Shown piece by piece: positions 1 through 12,271 of a DNA stretch of 64,000 nucleotides. The stretch's first letter is position 1, and each line of letters starts with the position of its first letter. The position numbers and the translations under genes were made by a program. The stretch lies in the NCBI GenBank assembly GCA_963813075.1, contig CAWEXU010000030.1:32001-96000 (forward strand), given 5' to 3'. The notes under the pieces are model-generated. The model worked only from the letters and a program-made list of their open reading frames with translations, had not been told where the DNA came from and searched no databases. This stretch comes from Methanotrichaceae archaeon (GTDB lineage Archaea > Halobacteriota > Methanosarcinia > Methanotrichales > Methanotrichaceae).

Positions 1-1325
1 CACGCCATCCAGGAGGAACATGAACTGCTAATGGATCGCTCTCAGGATCAGATGCCGCGGCAGTGAAGGTCACCGCGGCGCCCAGCTACCTGTGGGCTGG
101 CCAGGTCTGCAGCCAGATCCACAACTTCTGGCGGGTTGTTTGGAACCGCCTCGACGACGAACTCCATCGTCCTTGAGCTGTCGCCATCTGGATTGTGATT
201 GTTATCTCGGGTCCGCACCTCGATCATATGCGAGCCGATGCTCTCGGCAGTGGTGGTCCAGGTCCAGCTCGGGCTCTCAGCGAACTCGGTCTGAGCCACG
301 CCATCCAGGAAGAACTGGTACTGCAGTGGATCGTTCTCAGGATCAGATGCCGCGGCAGTGAAGGTCACCGCGGCGCCCAGCTACCTGTGGGACTGGCCAG
401 GTCTGCAGCCAGATCCACGACTTCTGGCGGGTTGTTTGGTACCGCCTCGACGACGAACTCCATCGTCCTTGAGCTGTCGCCATCTGGATTGTGATTGTTA
501 TCTCGGGTCCGCACCTCGATCATATGCGAGCCGATGTTCTCGGTGGTGGTGGTCCAGGTCCAGCTCGGGCTCTCAGCGAACTCGGTCTGAGCCACGCCAT
601 CCAGGAAGAACTGGTACTGCAGTGGATCGTTCTCGGGATCAGATGCTGCGGCAGTGAAGGTCACCGCTGCGCCCGCTATCTGGGGACTGGGCTGATCGGC
701 AAAAAGATCGACCACCTGGGGTGGATTGTTGGGTGGAGCCTCAATGGCGAACTGAGTCGTCTGAGAGCTGTCGCCCTGAGGATTATGGTTGTTGTCCCGC
801 GTCCAGCACCTCGATGGTATGCGAGCCGATGTCCTGGCTAGAAGTAGCCCAGGTCCAGCTGGGATTATCGGTGAAATCCGTGCGCGGCTGGCCGTCAACC
901 AGGAACATGAATTGCAGTGGATCGTTCTCGGGATCAGATGCCGCGGCGGTGAAGGTCACCGCTGCCCCGGCTATCTGGGGGCTGGGCTGATCTGCGGCAA
1001 GGCCAACCACCTGGGGTGGATTGTTTGGCACCGAGCCTCAATGGCGAACTGAGTCGTCTGAGAGCTGTCGCCCTGAGGATTATGGTTGTTGTCCCGCACC
1101 AGCACCTCGATGGTATGCGAGCCGATGTCCTGGCCAGAGGTGGCCCAGGTCCAGCTGGGATTATTGGCAAAATCCGTGCGCGGCTGGCCGTCAACCAGGA
1201 ACATGAATTGCAGTGGATCGTTCTCGGGATCAGATGCCGCCGCGGTGAAGGTCACCGCTGCCCCTGCAATCAGGGGGCTGGGCTGATCGGCATTCAGGCC
1301 TGCCACTTGAGGAGGCTGATTCACC
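1..1325 (-). repeat. Intragenic tandem repeat, ~294-bp unit, more than 4 copies
   Basis: GAAGGTCACCG recurs at ~65, 360, 656, 951 and 1247 (offsets 295-296). Confidence 0.9.
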
Positions 1326-1990
1326 GGCGCTGCCACGGATTCTGGAACCTCTACTATCGGCTGCTCCAGCACAGGAGCCTGCTCCACTACGGGAACTGCG
1401 GCAGGCGGGCTGACCACTGCCGGAACCTCAGGAGCGGTTATCTGATACTCTATAATCTTCTCATTGGGCTTGAAGTCCTGACTGGTATGCATTGCATCCC
1501 TTACCAGCACTTTGATCTGGTAAGCTCCCGGATTCAATGTTGCCGTGTTCCAGGTCCAGGTGTTCTCCTCGATCCATTGCGTCAATGGGACCCATGGATC
1601 CTTCGTTGGATCTATGATAGATGGATCCTTTATCCGGAACATGTACGATATGGGATCGTTCTCAGGGTCCTCTGCTTTGACCGTCCATTTTATGGCAGTC
1701 CCTTGAGGCTGGGGACTGAGCCGGTCCAGCTCGACGCTTATGATTACAGGTGCCTGATTTCCGCTATCCGAAAATGCTGAATCCTGCCCTGGGAAGCCTA
1801 TCCCTTCAGGAAATCCCCCGGGCTGGCCCTGCGCATAGGCGAATGCATTCAAGAACACGCCTATGAACAGGATCATAGCAAGGACAAGAAACTGCTTACT
1901 GTATCTATGATTAAGCAAATTTTTTAATTTTACATTAATTCCATACTTACTATCTTTTTCACTTTTATGCATTTTATCCTCACACTCCAC
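1..1990 (-). CDS. Large secreted/surface protein with tandem ~98-aa Ig/PKD-like repeats; runs off the window start; split by apparent indels
   Basis: ORFs 971-1990, 783-1031, 365-898 and 48-368 join into one protein with an N-terminal hydrophobic signal region followed by repeated NxPP...SP...G..VTFTAAASDPENDPLQ...SWTW...GSHxIEV.RDNNHNP units. Confidence 0.8.
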
Positions 1991-2168
1991 CTAACCCACT
2001 TCCTGTAAACGGCCTTGCGGCCGGGAACTATTATCTGATGTTATCCGATCCACCATCCGGGATTATGAACCTATTTTTCACATAGAGGCTCTATCAAAGC
2101 CAGCTTCCGGGCCCAATCTCATGTGAAACCTCTGTGAGCCCTGTATGGATCTGGATCAGCCGCGCACT

Positions 2169-2675
2169 TCAGGCAAAGGGGTGCTTTGCGGTGCTCTTCG
2201 CTGCCAGGATATCCACTGGCTTTGGCTCCCTTTTCGCAGCGCGCTCTATGGCAATTTTCGTGGCCTGATAATTATATTCGTAAATCTTATCTTTATCTTT
2301 CGCATCCCACTCCACAAATACAGACACTATAATAAAAAGATCATCCGCCAGCTCCTCAGGCAAAACGCCCGACTCGACGCAATCCATCACCGCTCGTGCC
2401 ACTGCTGCCTGCACCGGGCCGAAGACCATTGTTGCCTGCCCGGCATTCTTTATGGTAACCTTGTTGACCATCAGAGTTGAGGGCTTGACCGGCAGGTTGG
2501 GCGCGAGGACGGCCAGCAATGGGGTATGTCCCCTGGATGGCGATGCCAGTGCTCTGACGAACGCCTTTTCCACCGGGCTGTCCCTGGGTCCCATAACCAG
2601 ATCAATATGCGCTACCTCGGGCCCCTCTCCGACCAGCGCTTCACCCACCAGCACCCTCTGAAAAGATTGCGTCAT
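2169..2675 (-). CDS. fae: Formaldehyde-activating enzyme
   Basis: VGEALVGEGPEVAHIDL and HTPLLAVLAPNLPVKPSTLMVNKVTIK motifs, C-terminal HPF. Confidence 0.93.
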   Translation of the reverse strand: MTQSFQRVLVGEALVGEGPEVAHIDLVMGPRDSPVEKAFVRALASPSRGHTPLLAVLAPNLPVKPSTLMVNKVTIKNAGQATMVFGPVQAAVARAVMDCVESGVLPEELADDLFIIVSVFVEWDAKDKDKIYEYNYQATKIAIERAAKREPKPVDILAAKSTAKHPFA

Positions 2676-2766
2676 AATCGAACCCTTTTGTCTTTTTCAT
2701 ATAAATGTGTAATCTAAGCAGGCAGCCAAAAAATATATCATCATAATGCAATGCATTGATTCACTA

Positions 2767-3312
2767 ATGCGAGTGCTGGTAATCAACAACTATGGACAGT
2801 TCAATCACCTTATCCGGCGCAGCATCCGGGATAAGGTGGACTGTGACCTCATCTCCAACCAAACGCCGCCAGAGGACATCGATGCCGATGGCCTGATACT
2901 GGGAGGGGGACCATCACTGGATCGCGCCGGAAACTGTCGCGATTATCTTTTGAAGCTGGACATTCCCATCCTGGGAATCTGCCTGGGGATGCAGATCATG
3001 GGCACCACCTTTGGAGGTCAGGTCATGCCTGGCAGCATCGGTGGCTATGCCCAGGTGGATGTGGAACTGGTGGATGAGGACGACATCCTGAAAGGGCTCC
3101 CGGCGAAATTCAAGACCTGGGCCTCCCATGCCGACCAGGTATCCCAGCTTCCTCCTGATTTCCAGAGGCTTGCTACCTCCAGGATCTGCGATGTCGAAGC
3201 CATGAAACACCTGAACAGGCCTCTTTATGGAGTGCAGTGGCATCCAGAGGTGGTGCATACTGAGTACGGCGGAGAGCTTCTAGATAATTTTATAAATGTT
3301 TGCCGGAGATGA
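2767..3312 (+). CDS. guaAA: GMP synthase subunit A (class I glutamine amidotransferase)
   Basis: NNYGQFNHLI, PILGICLGMQ and GVQWHPEV motifs. Confidence 0.9.
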   Translation: MRVLVINNYGQFNHLIRRSIRDKVDCDLISNQTPPEDIDADGLILGGGPSLDRAGNCRDYLLKLDIPILGICLGMQIMGTTFGGQVMPGSIGGYAQVDVELVDEDDILKGLPAKFKTWASHADQVSQLPPDFQRLATSRICDVEAMKHLNRPLYGVQWHPEVVHTEYGGELLDNFINVCRR

Positions 3313-3959
3313 TCCCTTTCCAGAAGGATTTCCTGATAGGAGAGCTCAAGAGGTCATATGCCGCCGCTTTGCGCCTCTCCGTCCAGTCCCTGGCCCAAGA
3401 GATCAATGATATCGGATTTCAGTGTCTGGGCTGCGGCCAATGCTGCCAGGGCGACGATAACAGCGTGGTCGTCTTTCCCTTTGAGATAAGAAGGATCATG
3501 GCAAAGACGGATCTGGATTGGCTGCAGATTGCCCGGCCTCCAAAAGATGGTGAATGGGACAGCAACGGCGACTTCCATACCCTGGAATGGAGGCTCAAGA
3601 AAATAGGATCTGGCTGCCGGTTCTACCAGAAAGGGAAGTGCGCCATCTATAGCTTCCGCCCACTTCTCTGCCGGACCTATCCCTTCTACCTGGTGGAGGG
3701 CGAGCTATGCTGCTCAGAGTGCTCGGGCCTGGGGCGGAAAATAGAGATGGATAGGGCCAGGGAGATCGCCGGGCAGCTAATTTTGCGCCATATCACTGAG
3801 ATAAAGGAAGCAATAGCCCTCACGGAAAGGTACGAGGACTTCCAGAGGGGCAGCTGCCAGGAGGGCGGCTCATATGTGGTCCACGACAGCGAGGGAGAGC
3901 ACAGATTCCCGCGATTCACTGCACCGCGCTCTTCACCTCATCCACGATCTTGTCAATGA
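3309..3959 (+). CDS. YkgJ-family cysteine-cluster protein
   Basis: FQCLGCGQCC and CRFY..GKCAIYSFRPLLCRTYPF motifs. Confidence 0.85.
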   Translation: MIPFQKDFLIGELKRSYAAALRLSVQSLAQEINDIGFQCLGCGQCCQGDDNSVVVFPFEIRRIMAKTDLDWLQIARPPKDGEWDSNGDFHTLEWRLKKIGSGCRFYQKGKCAIYSFRPLLCRTYPFYLVEGELCCSECSGLGRKIEMDRAREIAGQLILRHITEIKEAIALTERYEDFQRGSCQEGGSYVVHDSEGEHRFPRFTAPRSSPHPRSCQ

Positions 3960-5080
3960 GGCTTTTCTCCTTCTCTTTCTCGGTCGGAGCCTGCTTCGGC
4001 TCGCCAAACTCCTCTGCCAGCTCCTCCAACAGCTGCCTTTGCCGGGCAGAGAGAGCAGCAGGAGTCTTTATCTTAACCTTAACATGCAGGTCGCCAGAGC
4101 CCGATCCATGCAGCCTGGGCATGCCTTTTCCTCTCAAGCGGAAGACCGTTCCGGTCTGGGTTCCAGCAGGCACCTTGATCCTGGCCCGGCCGTTCAGGGT
4201 GGGGACCTCCAGATCCGCACCTAAAGCGGCCTGAGTGAAGCTGATGGGGGTTTCCATGACAAGGTCGCTATCTATCCGCTGGAAGACCCGGTGGGCCAGG
4301 ACATTTATAACCACATAAAGGTCGCCGGAGACGCCCTTGGGGCCGGCAGAATCCCCCTGGCCGCGAAGCTTGAGGTGCTGGCCCTCCTCCACTCCCGCCG
4401 GGATCTTGATATTGATCTTGCGGGATTTTTTCACCCTGCCCGAACCGCTGCAATCCTCACAGGGGCTGGTGATGATCTCCCCTCTGCCGCCGCAGGCATG
4501 GCAGGAGGTGGAGGTGACCATCTGGCCGAATGGGGTATTCTGGGCCCGGGTTACCTGACCCGAGCCTCGACAGGTGCTGCAGGTGACGGGCGTTGTGCCG
4601 GGCTTGGCCCCGCTGCCCTGGCATTTGGGGCAGCTTTCCGTGCGCGGGACCTCGATGGTCGTCTCCAGACCTGCCGCCGCCTGCTCCAGGGTTAGATCGA
4701 TGTCATAGCGAAGGTCCCGTCCTCTGGCCGGACCCCGCCGTCCTCCCCCTCCGCCGAAGAACATATCGAAGATGCTCTCGCCGCCCCATGCCAAAGCCCC
4801 GGAGAAGATCCTCGAAGTTCACATTCCGGAACAGGTCCTCCTGCGAGTACTGGCTGTTGATTCCCGCATGGCCGAACTGGTCGTACTTCTGCCGCTTATC
4901 CGGATCGGATAGGACCGCATAAGCCTCAGAGAGCTCCTTGAACTTCTCCTCCGCACCGGGATCATCTGACCGGTCGGGGTGATGTTTCATGGCGAGCTTG
5001 CGGTAGGCAGCCTTGAGATCCTTCTCGCTGACGTCCTTGGATACCCCAAGCACCTCATAGTAGTCCTTCTTATCCGGCAT
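3916..5080 (-). CDS. dnaJ: Chaperone DnaJ, with a +1 indel in a G-run at ~4785
   Basis: J-domain with HPD in ORF 4703-5080; four CxxCxGxG motifs and C-terminal domain in ORF 3916-4794. Confidence 0.93.
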
Positions 5081-5108
5081 GATACAATCAGTTCCTTTCT
5101 ACTCCAAT

Positions 5109-6977
5109 TTACTTCTTCTCGTTTACTACCTCGTAGTCTGCATCCACCGTCTGATCCTGCCCTTGGGAGCTGGGACCCTCCTCCGGGCCGGGGCCCTGAC
5201 CAGCCTGTCCCTGCTGAGCCTGCTGCTCTTGCGCTGCTTTCTGGTACATGGCGGCGGAAAGCTCGTAGATTGCATTCTGCAGGCTCTCGGTCTTGGCCTT
5301 GATCTCGGAGATATCGCCGCCGGTCTGGGCGTTCTTCAGGTCGCTGATGCCTTTCTCGATCTTCTCCTTCTGCTCAGGAGTGGCAATGTCGCCTGCATCT
5401 TTGAGCATCTTCTCCGAAGCATAGACCAGAGATTCTGCGGCATTCTTGACCTCAATCTCCTCTTTTCTCTTCAGGTCGTCAGCGGCGAACCTCTCAGCAT
5501 CCCGGATCTTGGAATCGATCTCCTCTTTGCTCAGTTTATGGGGAGCGGTGATGGTTATCCTCTGCTCTTTCTTGGTGGCCAGATCCTTGGCGGAGACATG
5601 AATTATGCCATTGGCATCGATATCGAATGTGACCTCGATCTGAGGTATGCCCCGGGGAGCAGGAGGAATGCCGACCAGAGTGAACCTGCCCAGAGAGACA
5701 TTGTCCTTGGCCATGGGCCTCTCTCCCTGGAGGACATTGACCTCCACGCTGGTCTGGTTATCGGCAGCGGTGGTGAATATCTGGCTCTGTCTGGTGGGAA
5801 TGGTGGTGTTCCTCTCGATCAGCTTGGTGGTTACCGCTCCCAGGGTCTCTATGCCTAAAGAGAGCGGAGTTACATCCAAGAGCAGCAGATCCTTGACCTC
5901 TCCGCCCAGGACGCCCGCCTGAATCGCTGCACCCGTGGCCACGCATTCCATGGGGTCTACGCCCCGTTCGATGTCCTTTCCCATGAAGTTCTTCACGAAC
6001 TCCTGCACCATAGGCATCCTGGTTGGACCGCCCACCAGAATGATCTTGCCGATATCGGACTTCTCCAGCTTGGAGTCGTTCAATGCCTGGATCATCGGGC
6101 CTCGGCAGCGCTCGAGCACATCTCCCACCAGCTCCTCCAGTTTGGAGCGGGGGATGGTCATGCTCAGATGCTTGGGGCCGCTGGCATCGGCGGTGATATA
6201 AGGCAGATTCAGGTTGGTCTGCAGGACGCTGGATAGCTCTATCTTCGCCACCTCAACCGCTTCCCTCAGGCGCTGCATGGCCATGGAATCGCCGCGCAGA
6301 TCAACTCCCGACTCCTGCTTGAACCGGTCTAAGACATAGTTCGTCAGCCGGTCGTCCATATCCCGGCCTCCGAGCTGAGTGTCGCCCGATGTGGACAGGA
6401 CCTCGAATACCCCTTCGCCGATCTCCATTATGGTGACATCCAGGGTCCCTCCGCCCAGGTCGAAGACCATGATCTTATGCTCGCCTACCTTGTCCAGGCC
6501 GAAGGCAAGAGCTGCTGCGGTGGGCTCATTGATGATGCGAACGACCTCCAGGCCAGCGATGGTGCCGGCGTCCTTGGTGGCCTGCCTCTGGTTGTCATTG
6601 AAGTAGGCGGGGACGGTGATTACCGCTTTGTCCACGCTGTCAGCCAGATAGGTCTCAGCATCGGTCTTGATCTTTCTCAGGATCTGGGCGGAGATATCCT
6701 CGGGACTGTACTCCTTGCCGAAAACCCTGACCTTGTAGTCCGTGCCCATCTTTCTCTTTATTCCCTGAACAGTCCCCTCGGGATTGGTTACCGACTGCCT
6801 CTTTGCTGGCTCTCCCACCAGAACCTGACCATCTTTGGTGAAGGCGACATAGGAGGGAAAAGCCTTACCACCGATGCTTGTTCCTTCTGCGCTGGGAATT
6901 ATGGTGGGCCGGCCACCGATTAGAACTGCTGCTGCCGAGTTGCTGGTTCCAAGATCAATGCCTATAATTTTTGACAA
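5109..6977 (-). CDS. dnaK: Chaperone DnaK (Hsp70)
   Basis: [22 protein letters not shown] and [16 protein letters not shown] motifs. Confidence 0.98.
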   Translation of the reverse strand: MSKIIGIDLGTSNSAAAVLIGGRPTIIPSAEGTSIGGKAFPSYVAFTKDGQVLVGEPAKRQSVTNPEGTVQGIKRKMGTDYKVRVFGKEYSPEDISAQILRKIKTDAETYLADSVDKAVITVPAYFNDNQRQATKDAGTIAGLEVVRIINEPTAAALAFGLDKVGEHKIMVFDLGGGTLDVTIMEIGEGVFEVLSTSGDTQLGGRDMDDRLTNYVLDRFKQESGVDLRGDSMAMQRLREAVEVAKIELSSVLQTNLNLPYITADASGPKHLSMTIPRSKLEELVGDVLERCRGPMIQALNDSKLEKSDIGKIILVGGPTRMPMVQEFVKNFMGKDIERGVDPMECVATGAAIQAGVLGGEVKDLLLLDVTPLSLGIETLGAVTTKLIERNTTIPTRQSQIFTTAADNQTSVEVNVLQGERPMAKDNVSLGRFTLVGIPPAPRGIPQIEVTFDIDANGIIHVSAKDLATKKEQRITITAPHKLSKEEIDSKIRDAERFAADDLKRKEEIEVKNAAESLVYASEKMLKDAGDIATPEQKEKIEKGISDLKNAQTGGDISEIKAKTESLQNAIYELSAAMYQKAAQEQQAQQGQAGQGPGPEEGPSSQGQDQTVDADYEVVNEKK

Positions 6978-7065
6978 GATTCCATCTCCTGAACTTAGTG
7001 TATGCTAATACTCTGTAAATATTTAAACTTTTCATCATATCTTTTCAATTTTATCTCAACACGCC

Positions 7066-7584
7066 CTAACTATAGCCTTCTTCTTTCAGGGGCTTATTTA
7101 CTGACACCTTGGAGAAGCGAATGACCCGAGAATTGAACAGATAGCCTTTCTGTATCTCCTCGGCCACCACGTCCTCTTCCATATCATCCTTCTTCACCTG
7201 AAACAAGGCTTCATGCCGGTAGGGATCGAACTTCTTGCCAACTGCTTGTATGGGAACGAGCCCCTCATTGGAGAGTATGCCTAAAAGCTGCATGTAGAGC
7301 ACCTTTTGGCCCTCGTCGTGCTTTGCCGCCTGCTCGAGGCTGTCGAGCACGGGGAGAAGCTTATGGACGAGCTTTTCTGAGGCATAACGGATGGTATCCT
7401 CCTTCTCCCGAACCGATCGCTTCATCAGATTGTCGAGATCTGCCCGGCAACGAGTCAATTGATCCAGACGCTCCTCAGATAGGATCTGCGTCTTGTGCAG
7501 CTCCTGTTCCAGTTCATCTATTCTGGCTGCTAAGGGGCTCACATCCTCTTCGTCCTGAGAGCTCACATCCATATCATCATCCAT
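7066..7584 (-). CDS. grpE: Nucleotide exchange factor GrpE
   Basis: ADLDNLMKR, LLPVLDSLE, FDPYRHEA and QKGY motifs; directly upstream of dnaK. Confidence 0.95.
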   Translation of the reverse strand: MDDDMDVSSQDEEDVSPLAARIDELEQELHKTQILSEERLDQLTRCRADLDNLMKRSVREKEDTIRYASEKLVHKLLPVLDSLEQAAKHDEGQKVLYMQLLGILSNEGLVPIQAVGKKFDPYRHEALFQVKKDDMEEDVVAEEIQKGYLFNSRVIRFSKVSVNKPLKEEGYS

Positions 7585-7659
7585 TTTGCTTCACCCGAAA
7601 TATCATTGTTCCGATCGAAGGGGAGGATTCAGGCATTACTGCCTGATTCCATGATTCCA

Positions 7660-9300
7660 TCAATAGTGAGGCATTGGCATCTGGGGCATGGTATAGTCAT
7701 GAGGGCTCTGACCGGGCTTGGGCGCCATCTCCTCCCTCTTGGAGGCGATGACATCGTCCACCCGCAGGACCATGGTGGCGGCTTCAGCTGCAGACTTGAT
7801 GGCCTGGGTCTTCACCTTTAATGGCTCGACCACACCCTGGGCCATCATATCCCCTGGCTCGCCGGATTCGATATCCAATCCATAGCCCTTGCCCTGGGAA
7901 AGTTTCGCCCTCAAAGCGACCAGACAGTCCACGGGATCGAATCCCGAGTTCTCGGCCAGGGCAAATGGAATGGCCTCCACCGCATCGGCAAAAGCGCGGA
8001 TGGCCAGCTGCTCTCTTCCCTCCAGGGTGGAGGCAAACTGCCTGAGATTCTCGGCCACCAGGATCTCCGGGGCTCCTCCTCCGGGGACGATCTTTCCGGA
8101 GCGAATGACGTCCATAACCACATTCAAAGAGTCATCCAAGGCCCGTTCCATCTCCTCTAAGAGCTGATCTGAGGCACCATGGAGGATGATCGACACCGCT
8201 TTTGCTTTTTCACAACCTTCAACGAAGATCATATGCTTTTCCTTGCCCACCCGTCTCTCCTCTACCAGGGCAGCTGATCCCAGGTCCTCCGGCCGCAACT
8301 GCATTACGTCACCCACCAGCTTCCCACCGGTTGCCAGGGCCAGCATCTTCAAATCCTCTCTCTTGACCCGGCGCACAGCTAAAATTCCCTGATTGGCCAG
8401 GTAGCCCTGGGCAAATACCCCAATTCCCTTCTCGCAGAATACCACATTTGCCCCGGCAGCAACGATGGCGTCGACCTGCTCCTTGATGATCTTCTCCTCA
8501 CCCTCCTTGAAGCTGGAGAGATTCTTGGCTTCGGTTATGGTTATCTTGGCATCAGTTCCCAGCTTCTTCAGCTCCAGGGTGCCTTCGAGGAGCATAATCC
8601 GGGCATTTTTGATCGACTTTGGCATCTGGGGAGTGGTCCTCTCCTTGTCCAGCACTATGCCGTGGTTTAAGGATGAGTCCTCGACCCTGCCGCCAGGAAT
8701 TCGGATCATCTTGATGTTCTCTTCGATATCCTTGCCCTCAAATCCTACCACCGCCTGTGCCGCTTCAACTGTGATCAGGGAAAGCTTATCCATGGCCAGC
8801 TCAATGCCCTTTCCTCTCATGGCGGTCTGGGCAATCTTGAGGAGCATCTCCCGGTCACCGGATACATCTATGGCCATCTGCTTCAGTACCTCCTGGGCCC
8901 GAGAAGCAGCCTGCTTGTATCCCTGCACAATAACTGTGGGGTGGACATCCTGATCTAGGAGGACCTCCGCCTTTTCCAGCAGCTTTCCGGCGATGATCAC
9001 GGCCGTGGTGGTGCCATCCCCAATCTCATCATCCTGGGCTCTTGCCACCTCCACTATCATCTTGGCCACAGGATTCTCTATGTCCATCTCCCGGAGGATG
9101 GTTGCACCGTCATTGGTGATGGTTGCATCTCCGCTGCTATCGATTAGCATCTTATCCATGCCCTTGGGCCCAAGAGTCGTCCGGACCGCCTCAGCCACCG
9201 CTTTCGCCGCTAGTATGTTCCTGTGCTGAGCATCCTTTCCGCCCTCACGCTTGCTTCCTTCCTTCAGTATGATTACTGGTACACCGCTCAAACCTGCCAA
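7660..9300 (-). CDS. ths: Thermosome subunit (group II chaperonin)
   Basis: [30 protein letters not shown] and GGGAPE motifs. Confidence 0.95.
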   Translation of the reverse strand: MAGLSGVPVIILKEGSKREGGKDAQHRNILAAKAVAEAVRTTLGPKGMDKMLIDSSGDATITNDGATILREMDIENPVAKMIVEVARAQDDEIGDGTTTAVIIAGKLLEKAEVLLDQDVHPTVIVQGYKQAASRAQEVLKQMAIDVSGDREMLLKIAQTAMRGKGIELAMDKLSLITVEAAQAVVGFEGKDIEENIKMIRIPGGRVEDSSLNHGIVLDKERTTPQMPKSIKNARIMLLEGTLELKKLGTDAKITITEAKNLSSFKEGEEKIIKEQVDAIVAAGANVVFCEKGIGVFAQGYLANQGILAVRRVKREDLKMLALATGGKLVGDVMQLRPEDLGSAALVEERRVGKEKHMIFVEGCEKAKAVSIILHGASDQLLEEMERALDDSLNVVMDVIRSGKIVPGGGAPEILVAENLRQFASTLEGREQLAIRAFADAVEAIPFALAENSGFDPVDCLVALRAKLSQGKGYGLDIESGEPGDMMAQGVVEPLKVKTQAIKSAAEAATMVLRVDDVIASKREEMAPKPGQSPHDYTMPQMPMPHY

Positions 9301-9403
9301 ACCTTAGTCCTCCCCGACGTTTTTCTTAGTACGAGTTTGAAGTTCTATATAAAGAATTCGCATGATTCGCATCGTCATAGTTATCTGTCCAGGCATACAT
9401 ATA

Positions 9404-9427
9404 GTCTATATAGGAAGGTCTATATAG
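9404..9427. promoter_or_regulatory. Candidate operator: direct repeat of palindromic GTCTATATAG
   Basis: GTCTATATAG at 9404-9413 and 9418-9427, between the divergent thermosome and pstB genes. Confidence 0.4.
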
Positions 9428-9613
9428 CCTGGCCCCGATCTCAGATGGATGTCTGCCTATCGATGCATTCTCTCAAAGCAAATGGAGTTGAGATGTCCTC
9501 CACCAAAAGCCACGACCACAGGTATCGGCAACAAATGCTCAAAAATCGCCCGGCAACAAGCCGCGAGATGAGCCTAGGACAGGAATGCCCCGAGAAGATA
9601 AAAGGGATATGCT

Positions 9614-10360
9614 GTGACCTCAAAGATAGTCTCTGAAAATCTGAACCTCTGGTACGGGGAGAAGCAGGCCCTCAAGGACATCAGCCTGCAGATACCGGAA
9701 AAACAGATCACTGCCCTTATCGGCCCATCCGGCTGCGGCAAGTCTACATTCATTCGCTGCCTGAACCGGATGAACGATCTGGTGGCCAATGCTCGAATCG
9801 AGGGCCAGGTCTTCTATGAAGATATCGATATCTACGGGAAGGATACTGATGTGGTGGAGCTGCGCAAGAGAATAGGGATGGTATTCCAAAAGCCCAATCC
9901 GTTTCCCATGTCCATCTATGACAATATCGCTTATGGCCCCCGCATCCACGGGCAGAAAAATATCAATCAGATAGTGGAGCGCAGCCTTAAGGAGTCCGCC
10001 CTCTGGGAAGAGGTCAGCGAGAGATTGGACCAGCCAGCTTTAGGCCTTTCAGGAGGCCAGCAGCAGAGGCTGTGCATCGCCAGGACCCTGGCTATGCGGC
10101 CTGATGTCATCTTATTCGATGAGCCCTGCAGCGCATTGGACCCGATCTCAACCGGCAAGATCGAGAGCCTCATGGAGAGCCTTAAGGAAGAGTACACCCA
10201 GATAATAGTCACACACAACATGCAGCAAGCAGCCAGGATCTCTGACCGCACTGCCTTCTTCCTCCTCGGCGAGCTGATCGAGGTGGGAGAGACCAAGCAT
10301 ATCTTTGAAGTGCCGAAGATGAAGAGCACCGAGGATTATATCACCGGACGGTTCGGATGA
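9614..10360 (+). CDS. pstB: Phosphate ABC transporter ATP-binding protein
   Basis: [38 protein letters not shown]-terminal YITGRFG. Confidence 0.96.
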   Translation: MTSKIVSENLNLWYGEKQALKDISLQIPEKQITALIGPSGCGKSTFIRCLNRMNDLVANARIEGQVFYEDIDIYGKDTDVVELRKRIGMVFQKPNPFPMSIYDNIAYGPRIHGQKNINQIVERSLKESALWEEVSERLDQPALGLSGGQQQRLCIARTLAMRPDVILFDEPCSALDPISTGKIESLMESLKEEYTQIIVTHNMQQAARISDRTAFFLLGELIEVGETKHIFEVPKMKSTEDYITGRFG

Positions 10361-10381
10361 ATCCAGGTGGGGGAAGATTGA

Positions 10382-11041
10382 ATGATCCCTTATAGACAGC
10401 GCTATCGCAAAGATCTTTCAGATCTGAAAAGCCTGACAAAGGATCTGGCCGATCATGTGGGCGACGCCATAGAAAAATCGGTCGTTGCCCTGTCCGAATC
10501 AAATGTGGACCAGGCAAGGGAGATCATCAAGAATGATCAGGACGTGGACGACCTGAGCATCAAGATCGAAAACCTTTGCCTGGAGCTCTTAGTGCTTCAG
10601 CAGCCTATGGCCAGGGATCTGAGGAGGATCATAGGAATCCTGAAGATCGGCATAGACCTGGAGAGAATAGGAGATCTGGCTGTGGATATAGCCAGGGTTA
10701 CCGCTCAGTCCCATAACAAGATTGAGATAACCAAGCTGGAATTCATACCCCGCATGGCGGAGGTCAGCAGAAAAATGCTCCGGGAGTCGATGGACGCCAT
10801 GATGAACGACGATGCCGATATGGCCCGCCAGATAACCAAATGGGATTATGAGATCGATGGGCTCTATGTCAAGGCAAGGGATAAGCTTCTGAAGATCGTA
10901 ATCGAACGGCCCGAAGTGATAAAGGAAGGGACCGCGCTGCTCATGGTGAACAGGCATCTGGAGAGGACGGGCGATCACATCTGCAACATCTGTGAGACAA
11001 TCGTCTACATGGTGGAAGCAAAGAGGGAACACCTGAATTAG
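10382..11041 (+). CDS. phoU: Phosphate signalling protein PhoU
   Basis: QQPMARDLR, DLERIGDLA and LERTGDHICNI motifs. Confidence 0.93.
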   Translation: MIPYRQRYRKDLSDLKSLTKDLADHVGDAIEKSVVALSESNVDQAREIIKNDQDVDDLSIKIENLCLELLVLQQPMARDLRRIIGILKIGIDLERIGDLAVDIARVTAQSHNKIEITKLEFIPRMAEVSRKMLRESMDAMMNDDADMARQITKWDYEIDGLYVKARDKLLKIVIERPEVIKEGTALLMVNRHLERTGDHICNICETIVYMVEAKREHLN

Positions 11042-11048
11042 GAGGTTC

Positions 11049-12054
11049 ATGGACACCAGAAAGGTGCAGAGGACAGGCAAGTCCACATTTCATCGTCTCC
11101 CTCCCAAAAACCTGGGCGACGAAGAACGGGGTTGCCGCCGGCTCAATAGTCTACATCAACCAGGGTGATAATGGAGCCTTAACCCTATCCACCGATCGCT
11201 CGGAGAGAGATCTGCGGGTGAAGCTGGATATAGGGGAGAAGACTGGTGATGATCTGGTCAGAGATATCATTGGATGTTATGTTGGAGGCTACAGGATCAT
11301 CGAGGTCACAAGCCAGCATATGTCCCCTGCCCAGAAGAAGGATCTGCATCAGATAGTGAACAAGCTGATCGGGCCGGAGATTTTAGAGGAGACCATCAAC
11401 AAGGTGGTCATTCAGGACCTTTTGAGTTCAGAGGAGCTTCAGTCCGAAAAAGCCCTGAGAAGGATCAGGACGGTGGTAAAATCCATGATCCATGACTCTT
11501 TTGCCAGCCTATTGAATAACGATGAGGATGAACTGGCATTGGACGTGATCCAGAGGGATGACGATGTGGACAGGCTCAACCTGCTCATCTCCCGCCAGTT
11601 CACCGAGATCCTCCGGACCGGTTCGGTCAAGCAGGAGACGCAAAATCCCATTCATGCATTCAACTACATGCAGGCGGCTTCTAACCTGGAGCGCATAGCT
11701 GATCACGCTCACCGGATAGCCCAGATAGCCAGAGAGTACAACTGCACCCTGGGCGATGACCTGAAAGAGGAGCTCCTGGAAATGGAGGGCCAGTTGTGCG
11801 GGTTTATTGACGACTCCATTACTTATTTGCTGCAGACCAATTCGGACAAGGCCAATGAGATGATAGATATGATCCGGGAGATTCAAAAGAAAGCTGCACG
11901 GATAGCCGTGGCCTCGGATAATCTGGAAAAATCGGAGATGCTCGAGAGGCTGGTCGTGGCTGCGAGCCTGGAGAGGATGTTCGACTACATCATGAATATT
12001 GGCGAGCTGACCATCAACCTGAGCCACGCTACCAGGCAGGCAGAGAAGGTATGA
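11049..12054 (+). CDS. Archaeal AbrB-PhoU phosphate uptake regulator, with a +1 indel at ~11089
   Basis: GGAGG then ATG 11049 gives MDTRKVQRTGKSTF; removing one T continues IVSLPKTW (AbrB-like) into ORF 11218-12054, which has PhoU repeats (DDDVDRL, LERIADHA). Confidence 0.85.
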
Positions 12055-12271
12055 TGCCACGCTCATGATCCGCAACCGCTGTTGATATTTAGCATATTTT
12101 TTTAATTAAATTGGATTGAATCCGTGGAATTTTGCAGATCTTAGATTCATTTCGGAATACAGTAGAAAAGATACTTATACAAGTATAGCATTATTATTGA
12201 TAACAATTCAAGATATCATTGATTTGCAGGAAAGAATCACTGCAGCTTATTAAGATTGAAGAGGCGTCTTA

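Noticed and set aside
3916..5080. dnaJ, HMG-CoA synthase and others as true pseudogenes or programmed frameshifts
   Set aside because: Single indels in short homopolymers, no other decay, no consistent slippery sites
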